Assembly (NCBI RefSeq): GCF_000143415.4
Contig: NW_003314320.1
Location: 1,191,231 to 1,255,230 of the forward strand
Direction: 5' to 3'
DNA from: Selaginella moellendorffii
Lineage: Eukaryota > Plantae > Lycopodiophyta
DNA: 64,000 bases
In this document: positions 27,248 to 38,593 of the stretch, one piece after another
Numbering within the stretch: position 1 is the stretch's first letter
Layout: each line of letters opens with the position of its first letter
Position numbers and translations under genes: made by a program
Notes under the pieces: generated by a model
Told to the model about the DNA's origin: nothing
The model's input: only the letters and a program-made list of their open reading frames with translations
Databases searched by the model: none

Positions 27248-30200
27248 ATGCTGAAGAACAAGGCGTTTGTGAAGAAGAATCGAGGCGGCCGGGTTTTCAA
27301 GGTGAGGGATGCTCTTGCGGTCTTGGTTTCGATGGATTTGCGCCTGCGTCCAGGTCGTTCGCGAGCACTACCTGCGCGATGATATTCCCTGCGGCGCTAC
27401 GTTTTGTTCCAGCTGCGACACCTCCACTGCCAATCTCGTTGCGGCCGACCGGCTCGTTGTGGTCGATACAAATGTGGTGTTACACCAGGTGCTTGTTCTT
27501 GCCTCTCTTTTTTCTTCTATTAGCGATTTTTTGCAATCTTCTATCTAGATGGATTTGCTCGAAAATCCGGCATTTCGCAACGTGATAATTTTATCCGTTG
27601 TTCTGGAAGAAGTGAAGAACAAGAACTTGAGTGCTTACAATCGCCTGCGCAACATTTGTGCGAATCGATCACGTCAGTTCTTCGTTTTCTCTAATGAACA
27701 CCACAGGCAAGATATCAATTATGTCTTCTTCCTAAATCTTTTTCTCTCAGGGAGACTTACATCAAGGCAATGGCGAGTGAGAGTGTTAACGACAGGAATG
27801 ACAGAGGTACTTGGTTTTTGCTGTTTCCTTTTTCGAAGCGACTTTTCTCTCGAATCTCCAGCTATTCGCGTCGCAACCCAGTGGTTTCAGAAACACCTCG
27901 GAGATGCGTGCACTGTTGTTCTTCTGACAAACGATCTTGACAATAGAACCAAGGCCAATGCAGAAGGAATTAACGTTTTTTCTGGTAAGTTTTCTAGTGA
28001 AGTAGATATAACACTTAATAAAATCCTCTTTTAGTGGACCACTTTGTTCAGTCGCTAGGCAAGCCAGAATTACTGGATTTGGTTGCTCGGAGTGAGTCCG
28101 AGAATGCCACTCCGATGGAAATAGAGGACTCGAGACCGTCAAAAAGAAAGATCATCTATTCAGAGGTACATGTAGCTCAATTGTCACCGGCGCTTACATT
28201 GCATCTTTCAGCACAAACCTATGTCCGAAATCACTGCGGGCATACATCAAGGAATATATCACCAAGGAAAGCTGCGAGTTAACAGATATAACCCGTTCCA
28301 AGCCTACGTCGGTAGCGAAAGTGTTGGCGACGAGATTTTGGTTCAGGGAAGACTGAATATGAATCGAGCATTTGATGGGGATGTGGTTGTTGTAGAGCTT
28401 CTCCCGCACGAGTCTTGGCAAGGCGACATGACAATGATTGCTGAAGAAGAAGGTACATAGCTCTAAATCTCCATTTTGTTCTGAAGCTCCTTACAGACGG
28501 CGATGGTGATGAAAGAGTCGGGCTTGCTCCTGACACCTCTGATGAGGCAGCCGTGAACAAGGCGGATGAAGCCAGTGAGAAAGCAACAACGTCCGGTGGA
28601 TCCAGCAGACCGAATGGACGTGTCATTGGAATAATCAAGCGGAACTGGAGGGCGTAAGAACTTTTCAGTTCGTCATGCTATTGGAAACTAACGTTTTCAC
28701 GTTCCTTCTTCAGGTACTGTGGCTCTCTGGAGCCAATGACAACCCCAGCAGGAGCGGGAAGCGTGGCAAATGCATTGTTCGTGTCAGCGGACCGTCGAAT
28801 TCCAAAAATCCGTATCCAAACTCGTCAGTTTGGTAATTTGGTTGACAAACGCATCGTGGTGTCTGTCGACTCCTGGGATTTAAACTCCAGATATCCTTCT
28901 GGACATTACGTGAAAACTGTCGGCAAAATTGGCGATCGTAACACAGAAAGCGAGGTAAACGCCTCGTTAAGAACTTGAAAATCAGCTCTATGTGTTTTGT
29001 TTTCAGGTTCTTCTTATTGAGAATGACATCAACAATAGGCCATTTTCGGACCAAGTGTTGGCCTGCCTCCCGCCGTTGCCTTGGTCGGTACCCGCAGAAG
29101 CGTTGCACGATCCTCATCGTGAAGATTTACGAAATTTGAGGGTGTTCAGTGTAGACCCCATTGGTAAGGATGATCAGTGCGTAAAGCTGCTTTCATTCAC
29201 AAGTGCCGCTAAAATGTGTAGGCTGCAAGGATATCGATGACGCTCTTCACTGTACCTTGCTGCCAACTGGCAACTATCAAGTCGGAGTCCGTATCCAATC
29301 TTGTGTTTATATTCTTTTCTCTGTTCCATCCTTAATAAGTTTCCAGATATTGCGGATGTAACAAGCTTTGTTCATCCTGGTACACCTCTAGACATTGAAG
29401 CTCGGGAAAGAGGAACATCTGTTTACTTGGTTGAACGTCGGATTGACATGCTTCCCAAGCCGCTTACTGAAGGTTAGCTCGAATTCGTGGATTTTCAGTG
29501 GTATTTACGTATATACAATGCAGATGTGTGCTCTCTCAGAGCGGATGTAGAAAGATTTGTTTTCTCGGTCATTTGGGTAATGCCAGCTTCGTTCATTTCT
29601 ATTCATTGTCACTTACAATTCTAAATTCAGGAGATGTCCTCAGAGGCGGATATAATTTCAGTTCGATTTACAAAGGGCGTAATCAAGTCCTCCGCTGCTC
29701 TTTCGTACGTTGAAGCTCAAGCCCGAATGGATGATAGGTACGTACACTTGCTCCGAATTTTCTTGAAGTGGAGAGTAACTTTTATGTACGTCAGCCGAAT
29801 GTCGGACCCCTTAACTACTGATCTTCGGAACATGAATCGCCTCGCTAAGGTTGTTAAGCTTTTTGTCTCTGCCATGCTCATCGGCAAACTGCAGGTTTTG
29901 AGGCAAAGACGAATTGAACGCGGGGCTCTTACTCTTGCTTCTCCTGAAGTGAAGTTCGAAATTGATACAGAAACACATAATCCTTTGGATGTTGGTCAGT
30001 ATTCTGCGTTTACGTTTGCAAAGTTAATCTAAACTAACAGAAGGTTGTTTCAGGCATGTACCAAGTAAGAGAATCAAATCACATGGTCGAAGAGTTTATG
30101 CTGTTGGCAAATATTTCAGTCGCTAAGAAGATATTGTCGAGTTTCCCAGTGTTTTCTCTTCTCAGGTATTTTCCTTTTTTTTTTTGTCAGCAAACCTTGG

Positions 30201-31281
30201 ATTGAACTTGACAGACGGCATCCTACGCCAACACCGAAAATGTTTGAGCCTCTTCTAAAAATTGCTTCGGCAGTAGGCATCAAACTGGACATCACTTCGT
30301 CTATGACTCTCGCAAATACTCTTGACCTTGCAGTGGTATGTGTAGAACTTTACATGTTTTTTGTTCATCGCCTCACGTTTACATGCCTATAGGGGGATGA
30401 TCCATACTTCAACAAATTGATAAGAATTCTTGCAACTCGGTGCATGACCCAAGTAAGCTGATTTTATAGCGTTTAGTAGCTCATATTTGCGTTGTTGCTT
30501 TTCAGGCGGTTTACTTTTGCAGTGGCGAGCTAAGCCCTCCAGAGTTTCAACATTACGGACTTGCATCAGCAATATACACACATTTCACGTCTCCCATCAG
30601 ACGATATGCTGGTAAGTGACCACTTATGCTGTTGATGTGAATCTTATTAAACAGCGTCTCAACGCAGATGTGATTGTACACCGCTTGCTGGCTGCAGCTT
30701 TGGATTTGGAAAAGCTGTCACCGTCCTTACGCGACAAATCCGAGGTCACGAAGATCGCAGACAGTAAGGCTATGGCGTTTCCTCAGTGGCCTCATGTCTT
30801 ACTTTACTCAAACAGATTTGAACTACCGGCATCGAAACGCGCAAATGGCAGGCCGAGCATCAGTGGAGCTCCACACTTTAATCTTTTTCAGAAACAGGTT
30901 GTTCTTCACGGATCTTTTGTGCGCTTTCTCACGCATTGTCTCGTTGTAACCAGGCCTACAGACGCAGACGCAAGGATTGTGCAGATCCGATCCAATGGGC
31001 TGATAGTGTTTGTTCCAAAGTATCTATTCTCCTCGTTGTTTGCAAATCTCTGTACTGAATCTGGAATTCGCTTTGCAAGGTATGGCATTGAAGGGCCCGT
31101 GTTCCTGGTTGACAAGGCAAGCAAGTCGAGTACCAACTGGATAATGAACGAGGAGCAACAGTGTGCCAATGCTCGGGATGGTAGTACAAAGTACAAAGTG
31201 CTAGACAGCGTGAAGATTCGCATTCAAGTTGTGGAGCCGCAGCCAAACAGGCCCAAGTTGGAACTCACTTTACTGGCATAA
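27248..31281 (+). CDS. RRP44: Exosome catalytic subunit RRP44/DIS3 (PIN + CSD + RNB + S1)
   Basis: [107 protein letters not shown]. Confidence 0.96.
29291..29346 (+). other. Candidate U12-type (minor) GT-AG intron in RRP44
   Basis: 5' site GTATCC, branch-like TCCTTAAT at 29329-29336, 10 nt before the end, and no long polypyrimidine tract. Splicing restores VGVH/IADV. Confidence 0.65.
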
Positions 31282-31364
31282 CAGGTAGATCATGTTAAAG
31301 CTTCTCTTCGTTTTCTAAACCTCTCGCCTCTTACTCGCAGCGATTCTTCAAACTTTGTTACTGG

Positions 31365-32492
31365 CTATTTCACTGCTAGTAGTGCTCCGAGCATTTGCTC
31401 AAACTCGTCGAGAGCTTGGAAGCAAGTTCCCGGCCTTTGAAGCGGTGGAAAGAAGAGCAAAGAAGCCGTCGTGAAGATAAAACCCAGCGTTATCACTACG
31501 CACATTACCTTGGGCAGCTTTGAGACGAGCGGGCCAAAGTTTCTTCGCAGTGCCACCTCCACGACCATGGCGAGGCCGTTGACCAGGAAGAACCCAGTCA
31601 CCTGCCACGTCGGCGTTGACTTGGTGGTGTAGAGAAAAATCACTTCGTGCATGAGACCAGAGACGAGGAAGACTGCCATGGTTGCCGTGGCTCTCACCCA
31701 GAGCAGTGACCGCGTACGGCCCGGTCCGGCTCGGCCCAACCTGGTTAGTACGAAGAGTACGGGCTCGTATACCGAGGCCCTGAGCATGCTGCTAACGAGT
31801 CGATTCCAGCGCTTGCCCCAAAACTCCGAGATGGATGCCGCGAGGAAGGGCTTGTCGAATTGCGGCTCGAGCTTCACACCGATCGTGGCGGCGGCGATGG
31901 CGGCGATGGCCTCGAAGATGAGCGAGCAGGCAAGGTAGATGTGGAGGGAATAGATGAGGTAGAGGAGGAGCTCGGGCATGCCGCGGTCGCGGAATGCGTA
32001 GGCGGAGAAGAGGAGCACGACGAGCAGGACCTTGATCGAGGCCCGGATGATCACGGCCTGCCAGGCGAGGGATTCTTGGAGCCATATCCAGGAGGATTTC
32101 CAGGATATCGGGGCCGATCGATCGTCTGGAGCTGGAGCGGCATTGGATTCTGCCGCATTGCTGCTCGCATCGATGAGGCTGCGCGGGATGTTGATGGAGA
32201 GCGCCATGGCCGCGAAGAATCGGGGGAAGCTGGCCGTGACGGATGGATCTTGGACGGCGCCGAGGTTCCAGCAGAGGAGGAGGAGCTTGGACGGGATCAT
32301 CCACAGGAAGAAGAAGGAGAGGACCGCTCTTAGGTGGATGGTTGGAACGTCCCAGGCGGATCGATAGAGGAGAACGATCCATGGCAGCAATGCGACGAGC
32401 CGAGGGATTCCAACGGGCAGGCGGAGGAGGACAATGTAAGCGAAGACGATGCAGCCAATGCCTCCGGCGGCGACGTCTCCTCCCCTGACCAT
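31365..32492 (-). CDS. MBOAT wax synthase / sterol O-acyltransferase (ASAT1/AT-like)
   Basis: LEPQFDKPFLAASISEFWGKRWNRLVSSMLRASVYEP, FLVSGLMHEVIF, PTWQVTGFFLVNG, TASLLFFPPL. Intronless and multi-TM. Confidence 0.93.
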   Translation of the reverse strand: MVRGGDVAAGGIGCIVFAYIVLLRLPVGIPRLVALLPWIVLLYRSAWDVPTIHLRAVLSFFFLWMIPSKLLLLCWNLGAVQDPSVTASFPRFFAAMALSINIPRSLIDASSNAAESNAAPAPDDRSAPISWKSSWIWLQESLAWQAVIIRASIKVLLVVLLFSAYAFRDRGMPELLLYLIYSLHIYLACSLIFEAIAAIAAATIGVKLEPQFDKPFLAASISEFWGKRWNRLVSSMLRASVYEPVLFVLTRLGRAGPGRTRSLLWVRATATMAVFLVSGLMHEVIFLYTTKSTPTWQVTGFFLVNGLAMVVEVALRRNFGPLVSKLPKVMCVVITLGFIFTTASLLFFPPLQRPGTCFQALDEFEQMLGALLAVK

Positions 32493-32504
32493 TTACCCCG
32501 GAAG

Positions 32505-32520
32505 AGCCCTAATTAGGGCT
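32505..32520. promoter_or_regulatory. Palindromic double telobox-like element between divergent start codons
   Basis: AGCCCTAATTAGGGCT is a perfect 16-bp palindrome giving TTAGGGCT on both strands within a 36-bp inter-ATG gap. Confidence 0.6.
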
Positions 32521-32528
32521 TGGGCGAG

Positions 32529-34863
32529 ATGCTGGTAGCGCGGGTTGTGCTGCTCTTCCTCCTCCTCTCGACGACCTTGCTGGGGGCGAGGGGAGTAGCC
32601 AAGAAATTGGTGCTGGTACTGAATGACGATGCTGGGACCGACGAGGAGGAGGGATCCATCGCCGGCGTCCAGGATGAGCTCTCGCAGTTGGAGAATCCGC
32701 CAGAGGATGGATCGGTGCCTCCCGAGCCCGAGGAGTCTTTTTCCGACTGGGATTTCCCGGATTTGGACGGGACGGAGATCGAGGAGCCGGATCCAGGATC
32801 GTGGAGGTTGGTGATGGAAGAAGTGGAGCACGGCAAGAACGATTCTTACGGTGCCGCGGTAGCCCAGCTGATCAATTCGGTGAGTGATGGGGAGCTTGAG
32901 TTGATCCAGACTGCGGTGAAGGAGCTCCAGGGTCTAGCGGATCAAGGCCATGCTCATGCTCAGTCAACACTCGCGTCGCTCTACGGACACGGCTACGGTA
33001 TGGAACAAAGTGACCTCAAGTCGTTTTTGTTCCACCATTTTGCTGCTGAGGGAGGGAATTATCAATCAAAGATGGCGCTCGCCTACAGCTACTACAGACA
33101 GCAAGTGAGTTATTTCTTCTTTTCTCTCTCTTTGGATTGATGATGAGTGTTGTTTTTCCCAGCTCTTCGAAGAGGCAGCTCATCTTTACGCCGAGCTCGC
33201 AGCAGCAGCTGTGGCCAGTTTTGTGTCTGCCAAAGAGGGGCCTTTGATCGAACACGTCCGTCTGAATTACGGTCCCGAGGAGAGTAAAGACTCGCTCAAG
33301 AAGTTCCGAGGTGAAGAGGATGACGATTTCCAGTTCCTTGAGTACCAAGCACAGAAGGGGAACTCAGCCGCAATGCACAAGATTGGTGTCATCTATTACT
33401 ACGGACTGAGAGGTATTCCTCGTGACCACCTCAGGGCGTTGTCGTGGTTTACGAAATCAGTCGAAAAGGGAGACTCGGCCTCTCTGGAATTCCTTGGCGA
33501 GATTTATGCCCGTGGTTTCGGAGTGGAGAGGAACTACACAAAAGCGTATGACTATTTCAAGAAGGCTATACGTGAGAAGCGCTTCTCGGCTTATAACGGG
33601 ATCGGGTACTTGTACTTTATCGGGCAGGGGGTCGACAAGAAAAACATGACAAAGGTGAGACAGCGTTCTAATTTTTCCTTTTGCGTGTTCTTAACAACAC
33701 TCTGGCGTGTCTGCAGGCCAAGGAATTTTACAAAAGAGCGGCAGATCATAATGATCCCAATGGTTTTTATAACTTGGGAGTCATCTATCTCAAGGGTGCC
33801 GGCGTCAAGAAAAGTATCAAGATGGCAAGTCGGTACCTGATCCTTGCGGCTAACACCGGTCATCCTAAAGCGTATTACCAGCTTGCAAAAATGCAGCAGA
33901 GGGGCCTTGGTATGAAAAAGGACTTGCCTACGGTAAGTTCTTAATTCCCACATTCGTCCTCACATTACAATTTTCGACTGCAGGCTGTGGATTTGTACAA
34001 GGCCGTGGCCGAAAGGGGTCCATGGGGAGCTCTACTGCGATGGGGACTTGAAAGTTACCTGAAGGGCGAGATCGCTCTTTCTTTGCTGCTTTACTCCAGA
34101 GCTGCCGAGCTTGGCTACGAGGTGGCCCAAAGCAACGCGGCATGGATACTCGACAAGTTTCATGAAGAAGCAGTCTGCATTGGCAAAAATGGTTACTGTA
34201 CCGTTGAAGAACGCCATCACCGTGCACACACGCTGTGGCGTTTTGCGTCGGAACAGGGAAACGAGTATGCGGCTTTGTTAATTGGTGATGCGTACTACTA
34301 TGGACGGGTATATTACTTTTCTTTGCCTGGCTGGGAGGCACTCACTATTGGTACTTTTTGCAGGGAACAGTGAAAGACTTGGATCGTGCTGCAGAGGCAT
34401 ATATGCGAGCACGTTTACAGTTTAACGCACAGGCAATGTATAACATCGGCTACATGCATGAACACGGTTTAGGCTTACCCAAGGACTTCCATCTCGCCAA
34501 GAGGTACTACGACCTGGCCCTGGACGCAGACCAAAGCGCCTTCTTACCAATCTATCTTGCTCTGGGAGTTCTCTGGCTGCGGCAGCGTAACGAGGAAAGC
34601 ATGCTGGTAAGTAGGCTACCTTTCTCTTTCTCAGATATGTTTCCTGATTCGAGCTTTAACAGGTGAAAGCTATTGACATGCTCCCGGAACTGAGTAAACA
34701 ATTCACGACCTGGGCCCGAGACTTTACTACGGCTTTCTCCATTGAGGAAGGCAACGCGACTTTACTCACTCTGGTGGTGTGCCTGGTGACTGTTCTATAC
34801 CTGCGATCTTTACGACGCCAGCAAAGGCAGCAAGAGGATGCCGTCTATGATCAACAGGAATGA
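32529..34863 (+). CDS. HRD3: ERAD component HRD3/SEL1L (EBS5-like)
   Basis: Signal peptide, acidic N-terminus, Sel1 repeats ([80 protein letters not shown]) and a C-terminal TM segment. Confidence 0.95.
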
Positions 34864-35413
34864 GGTCGTCTGATATCATTGTATACGTTTAGAGCAGCGG
34901 ACTAATCATAATCGAAAGCGCAAGGAAAATTTTTGCTTTATCACTTTGTCTGGCTTACTTTGGTGACTGGCAGGAAGCGAGGGAGGCATCGCTATCAGCT
35001 GGGGAGAGAACTTATCCCCTCGGGACAGGGAACTTTTCATTGGTCATCCTGGATTCTGCCAGCTCGGCACTTGCGTTTTTCAGCAGCCAGCTTTGGGTTG
35101 GAGGAGCTCTTGGGCCTGCAAACATATGCCACAAGTAAGTTCGTCTGGGTGTTTTTCTTTTTTCGTCAGCCAGAGTAACTAACCGGAAGCTCTTTGATTC
35201 AGAGGAACAGTGAGCATCGCTAAGATGGTGTGCTCAATTGTCAACCTCAATCGTTCTGCCATGATCCCAGACCATGAACAGATGTCCTTCGCTGCTGCTC
35301 CACTAAGCTAGCCACCACAGCTCACAGCCACTGGGGAAGAAAGCTAGAAAAAAAAAGAACAAGAACAGAACGAGGACACTGGGAACAAAAAAAACTTGGG
35401 AAATTGCTACGTG

Positions 35414-37460
35414 ATGGCGGTCACTTCGAGCAAACGCGTTGGTCGAAACAGCTTCAGCATGAGGCGCACCAACGATTGGTAAGTTGGATTCATCATGACT
35501 TGGCTCCGGGTTTTACTGCTTTCTTCCGTTTTCTCATCGCAGGGTCATGTCGACTGACGTCCCGACGGATATCACGGTAGACATCTGCGGAACCAGCTTT
35601 GCCCTCCACAAGGTAGCGGAGCTTCTTCCTTCACTCCCCACCAACAGAATTTCTCATGAATTTTGGTGCGGGTTTCATGCTCTCGTGGTTACAGTTCCCC
35701 CTGGTGTCGAGGAGCGGAAGGCTGCGAAAGCTCGTCGCGGAAGCCAGGGACTCGGACCTGTCCCGAGTCGAATTCAATGACATCCCCGGCGGGCCGGAAG
35801 GATTTGAAATGGCTGCGAAGTTCTGCTACGGCATCAACTTCGAGATCACGGCGTCCAACGTTGCAATCCTCCGGTGCGTAGCAGAGTATCTGGAGATGAC
35901 GGACGACTTTGGCCAGGCAAATCTCGCGTCCAGGAGCGAGGCCTTCATCGAAGACGTGGTGACGCACAGCTTCGGGAGCTCAATCACGGTTCTCCACAGC
36001 TGCGAGAAGCTCCTTCCAATGGCCGAGCAGCTCAACATTGTCAACCGGTGTGTCCAAGCAGCAGGGGCCAAGGCCAGCCACGAGGCGCTCTCCCTCGCAG
36101 CTCGTCCAGAGTACCGCAATGCCAAGACGCCTCCGCAGCTCGACTGGTGGGCCGAGGACCTCTCCATTCTCAGCCTCGACTTCTACCAGAGGGTGCTGGC
36201 GGTGATGAGAAGCCACGGGATGCCGCAGGAGAACCTGTGGGGGAGCCTCATGCACTACGCGCAGCAGGCTCTGAAAGGATTCAACAGCACCAGCAGCAAG
36301 AGCCCCGGAAGATCGGTCACCGGACTGGAGCACGAGCAGCGGATGCTGGTGGAGACCATCGTCGGTTTGCTGCCACCGGACAAGAGATCTGCGTCTTGCG
36401 GCTTCCTCTTCGGGCTCTTGCGGACGTCGATCATCCTGGACACCACGGTTGCCTGCCGACTAGAGCTGGAGAGGCGGATCTCATTGCAGCTGGACGAGGC
36501 GACGCTGGACGATCTGCTGATACCATCGTTCTCGTTCGCGGCCGATACCCTCTTCGACACGGACCTCGTCCATCGCCTGCTCTCGAGCTTCCTCCAGCAC
36601 CATCTCCAGGACGAGTCCAAGGCGTCGCAGAGCTCGCTGGCAAAGGTGGCGAAGTTGATGGACAGCTATTTGGCGGAAGTAGCGCCGGATGCCAACCTCA
36701 AAGTCTCCAAGTTCATCGCGCTGGCCGAGGTGCTGCCCGAGCACTCGAGGATGGTCGAGGATGGATTGTATAGAGCGGTGGATATCTTCCTCAAGGCAAG
36801 CTAGCTTTCTTCCTTGTGTTTTTCCTCTTTCTTCGTTGGCGAAGAACACCTCTTTGATCCAAACTCTTCCTGTTCCTCCAGGCCCATCCTTTACTCGTCG
36901 AGGCCGATCGCAAGAGAATCTGCAAGCTCATGGATCCCCAGCGCCTGTCCCAAGAGGCGTGCAGCCATGCCGCGCAAAACGAGCGCTTGCCCGCGCACTT
37001 CATCATCCAGGTTCTCTACTTCGAGCAGCTGAGAATCAAGACCGCGCTCGCAAACTATGCCATCGAGATGCCCAAGGGCGATCACGGCCCGACCCCCATC
37101 GCCGCGGCGCTGCGATCGTCCACTGCTGCTGCCAATGCCGCTGCTGCCGCCGCTGCCGATGCGAATCCCCAATCCGCGCTGCGGAGGGAGAACAAGGAGC
37201 TCAAGATCGAGCTTACCAGGATGAAGATCAGGCTATCAGACTTGGAGAAGGAGCAGAGCCCGGGAGTATCAAGGGCGAGCGAGGAGAAGAGGCTGAGCAG
37301 CCCGACGTCGTCCGCCGCTAGCTCGCCTGGATCCGGCCGGTTCTTCTACACTGTGTCGCGGCGGCTTGGAAAGCTTAATCCGTTTGGGAAGAGCTCGCTC
37401 AAGCCGCCGGCCACGCCCGAGCTCCAGAAGCCGCGGCGCCGCCGGCATTCGATCTCGTGA
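35414..37460 (+). CDS. BTB/POZ-NPH3 (NRL) family protein
   Basis: FALHK/FPLVSRSG, PGGPEGFEMAAKFCYG, DWWAEDL, LDDLLIPSF, VAKLMDSYLAEVAPDANL, GLYRAVDIFLKAHP, HAAQNERLP, coiled coil, and C-terminal RRHSIS (RxSxS motif). Confidence 0.95.
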
Positions 37461-37551
37461 CGCTCGATCGAGAAGCTCTCGATCGCTCCAGCAGAAGAAG
37501 AAATCCAATTGTTAGTCTCCAAGAACTCCAAGAACCCTAGAGTATTGTCAA

Positions 37552-38391
37552 ATGGATAGGCAGGAAGCGCGCGTGGAGATGGTGGTGATCGCCGGCGAGG
37601 ATCTCAAGAATGTGACGAGCTTGCTCATGTCTGGCAGCAAGATGAGCTCCTACGTGGTGTGCTGGGTGGATCCGTGCTCCAAGCGCTCCACCAGGATCAT
37701 CAAGAGAGGCGGTAGGGATCCCGTGTGGAATGAGGCGCTGTCGCTGCCCGTGGATGCGATTGCCCTCGCCAATCCCTACGCCTGCCTCACGCTCCAGGTG
37801 ATGAGCAGCCGATCGGGGGGCGACGATGCGGTAGTGGGCAAAGCGTGGATGCCGCTCCACGAGATCGCGAGGCTCTCCACCACGACCTCGGCATTCGATA
37901 ATATCATCTCTCTCGGCGTCCAGCGGCCGTCTGGGAGGATGCAAGGCTCGATCCGGCTGTGCGTGTGCTTGATCGGGGCGGGATTCCACAATGCTGGTTC
38001 CACGAGTGGGGGAAATTTCCATCCGGGCAAGCCGATGCTCCAAATCCAAATGCCCCAGCACCAGATTTCTTCTCCTGTTGAGAGCTCGCTTGAGGAATTC
38101 GCGAGTCCATCGTCATCCTCGGGAGGAGGAGGGGCACCAATCCAGCCGGTGGAAGGGATCCCAGTGATTGGCTTTGCTGCTGGGGCAACGAGCTACCATC
38201 AAGGTCACCACCACTTCCAAATGCCGCCATATCTTCCATCTCCATCGGCACCACCAGTTCTTCCTGATCACAACGGTAACGGGAATGGTAACGCTCGTGG
38301 TCATGGTCATGGTAATGGTAATGGTCTACTTCTGGGGCTTTTGGGTGGTGCCTTGGCTGCGCTTGTGCTGGGTGATATTTTTTTCCAGTGA
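37552..38391 (+). CDS. SRC2-like C2-domain protein
   Basis: EMVVIAGEDLKNV..YVVCWVDP..GGRDPVWNEAL C2 domain, Pro-rich middle region and hydrophobic C-terminal GLLGGALAALVLGD. Intronless. Confidence 0.88.
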   Translation: MDRQEARVEMVVIAGEDLKNVTSLLMSGSKMSSYVVCWVDPCSKRSTRIIKRGGRDPVWNEALSLPVDAIALANPYACLTLQVMSSRSGGDDAVVGKAWMPLHEIARLSTTTSAFDNIISLGVQRPSGRMQGSIRLCVCLIGAGFHNAGSTSGGNFHPGKPMLQIQMPQHQISSPVESSLEEFASPSSSSGGGGAPIQPVEGIPVIGFAAGATSYHQGHHHFQMPPYLPSPSAPPVLPDHNGNGNGNARGHGHGNGNGLLLGLLGGALAALVLGDIFFQ

Positions 38392-38593
38392 AGATCTGGC
38401 TACTTGGGTGACATGTTTTTCCAGTGGGATCTGTTGCTTCTCTTTTCTTTGTGGATACTGTGCTTGCTTGCTGCTGCTTGGGATTTAAAATTATTCTGAG
38501 TGCGTTGCTGCCGGCCTCGAGTTTGTCATTATCATCACCTCGTAGATGTGTTCGTCATTTTAGTCGAAGGTGTTCTTCCTGGTCGTTTGGGTC

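Noticed and set aside
35874-36773. 299-aa overlapping ORF within the NRL gene, and similar shadow ORFs in the ERF, MBOAT and C2 genes
   Set aside because: Expected off-frame openness of GC3-rich coding sequence. No domain features.
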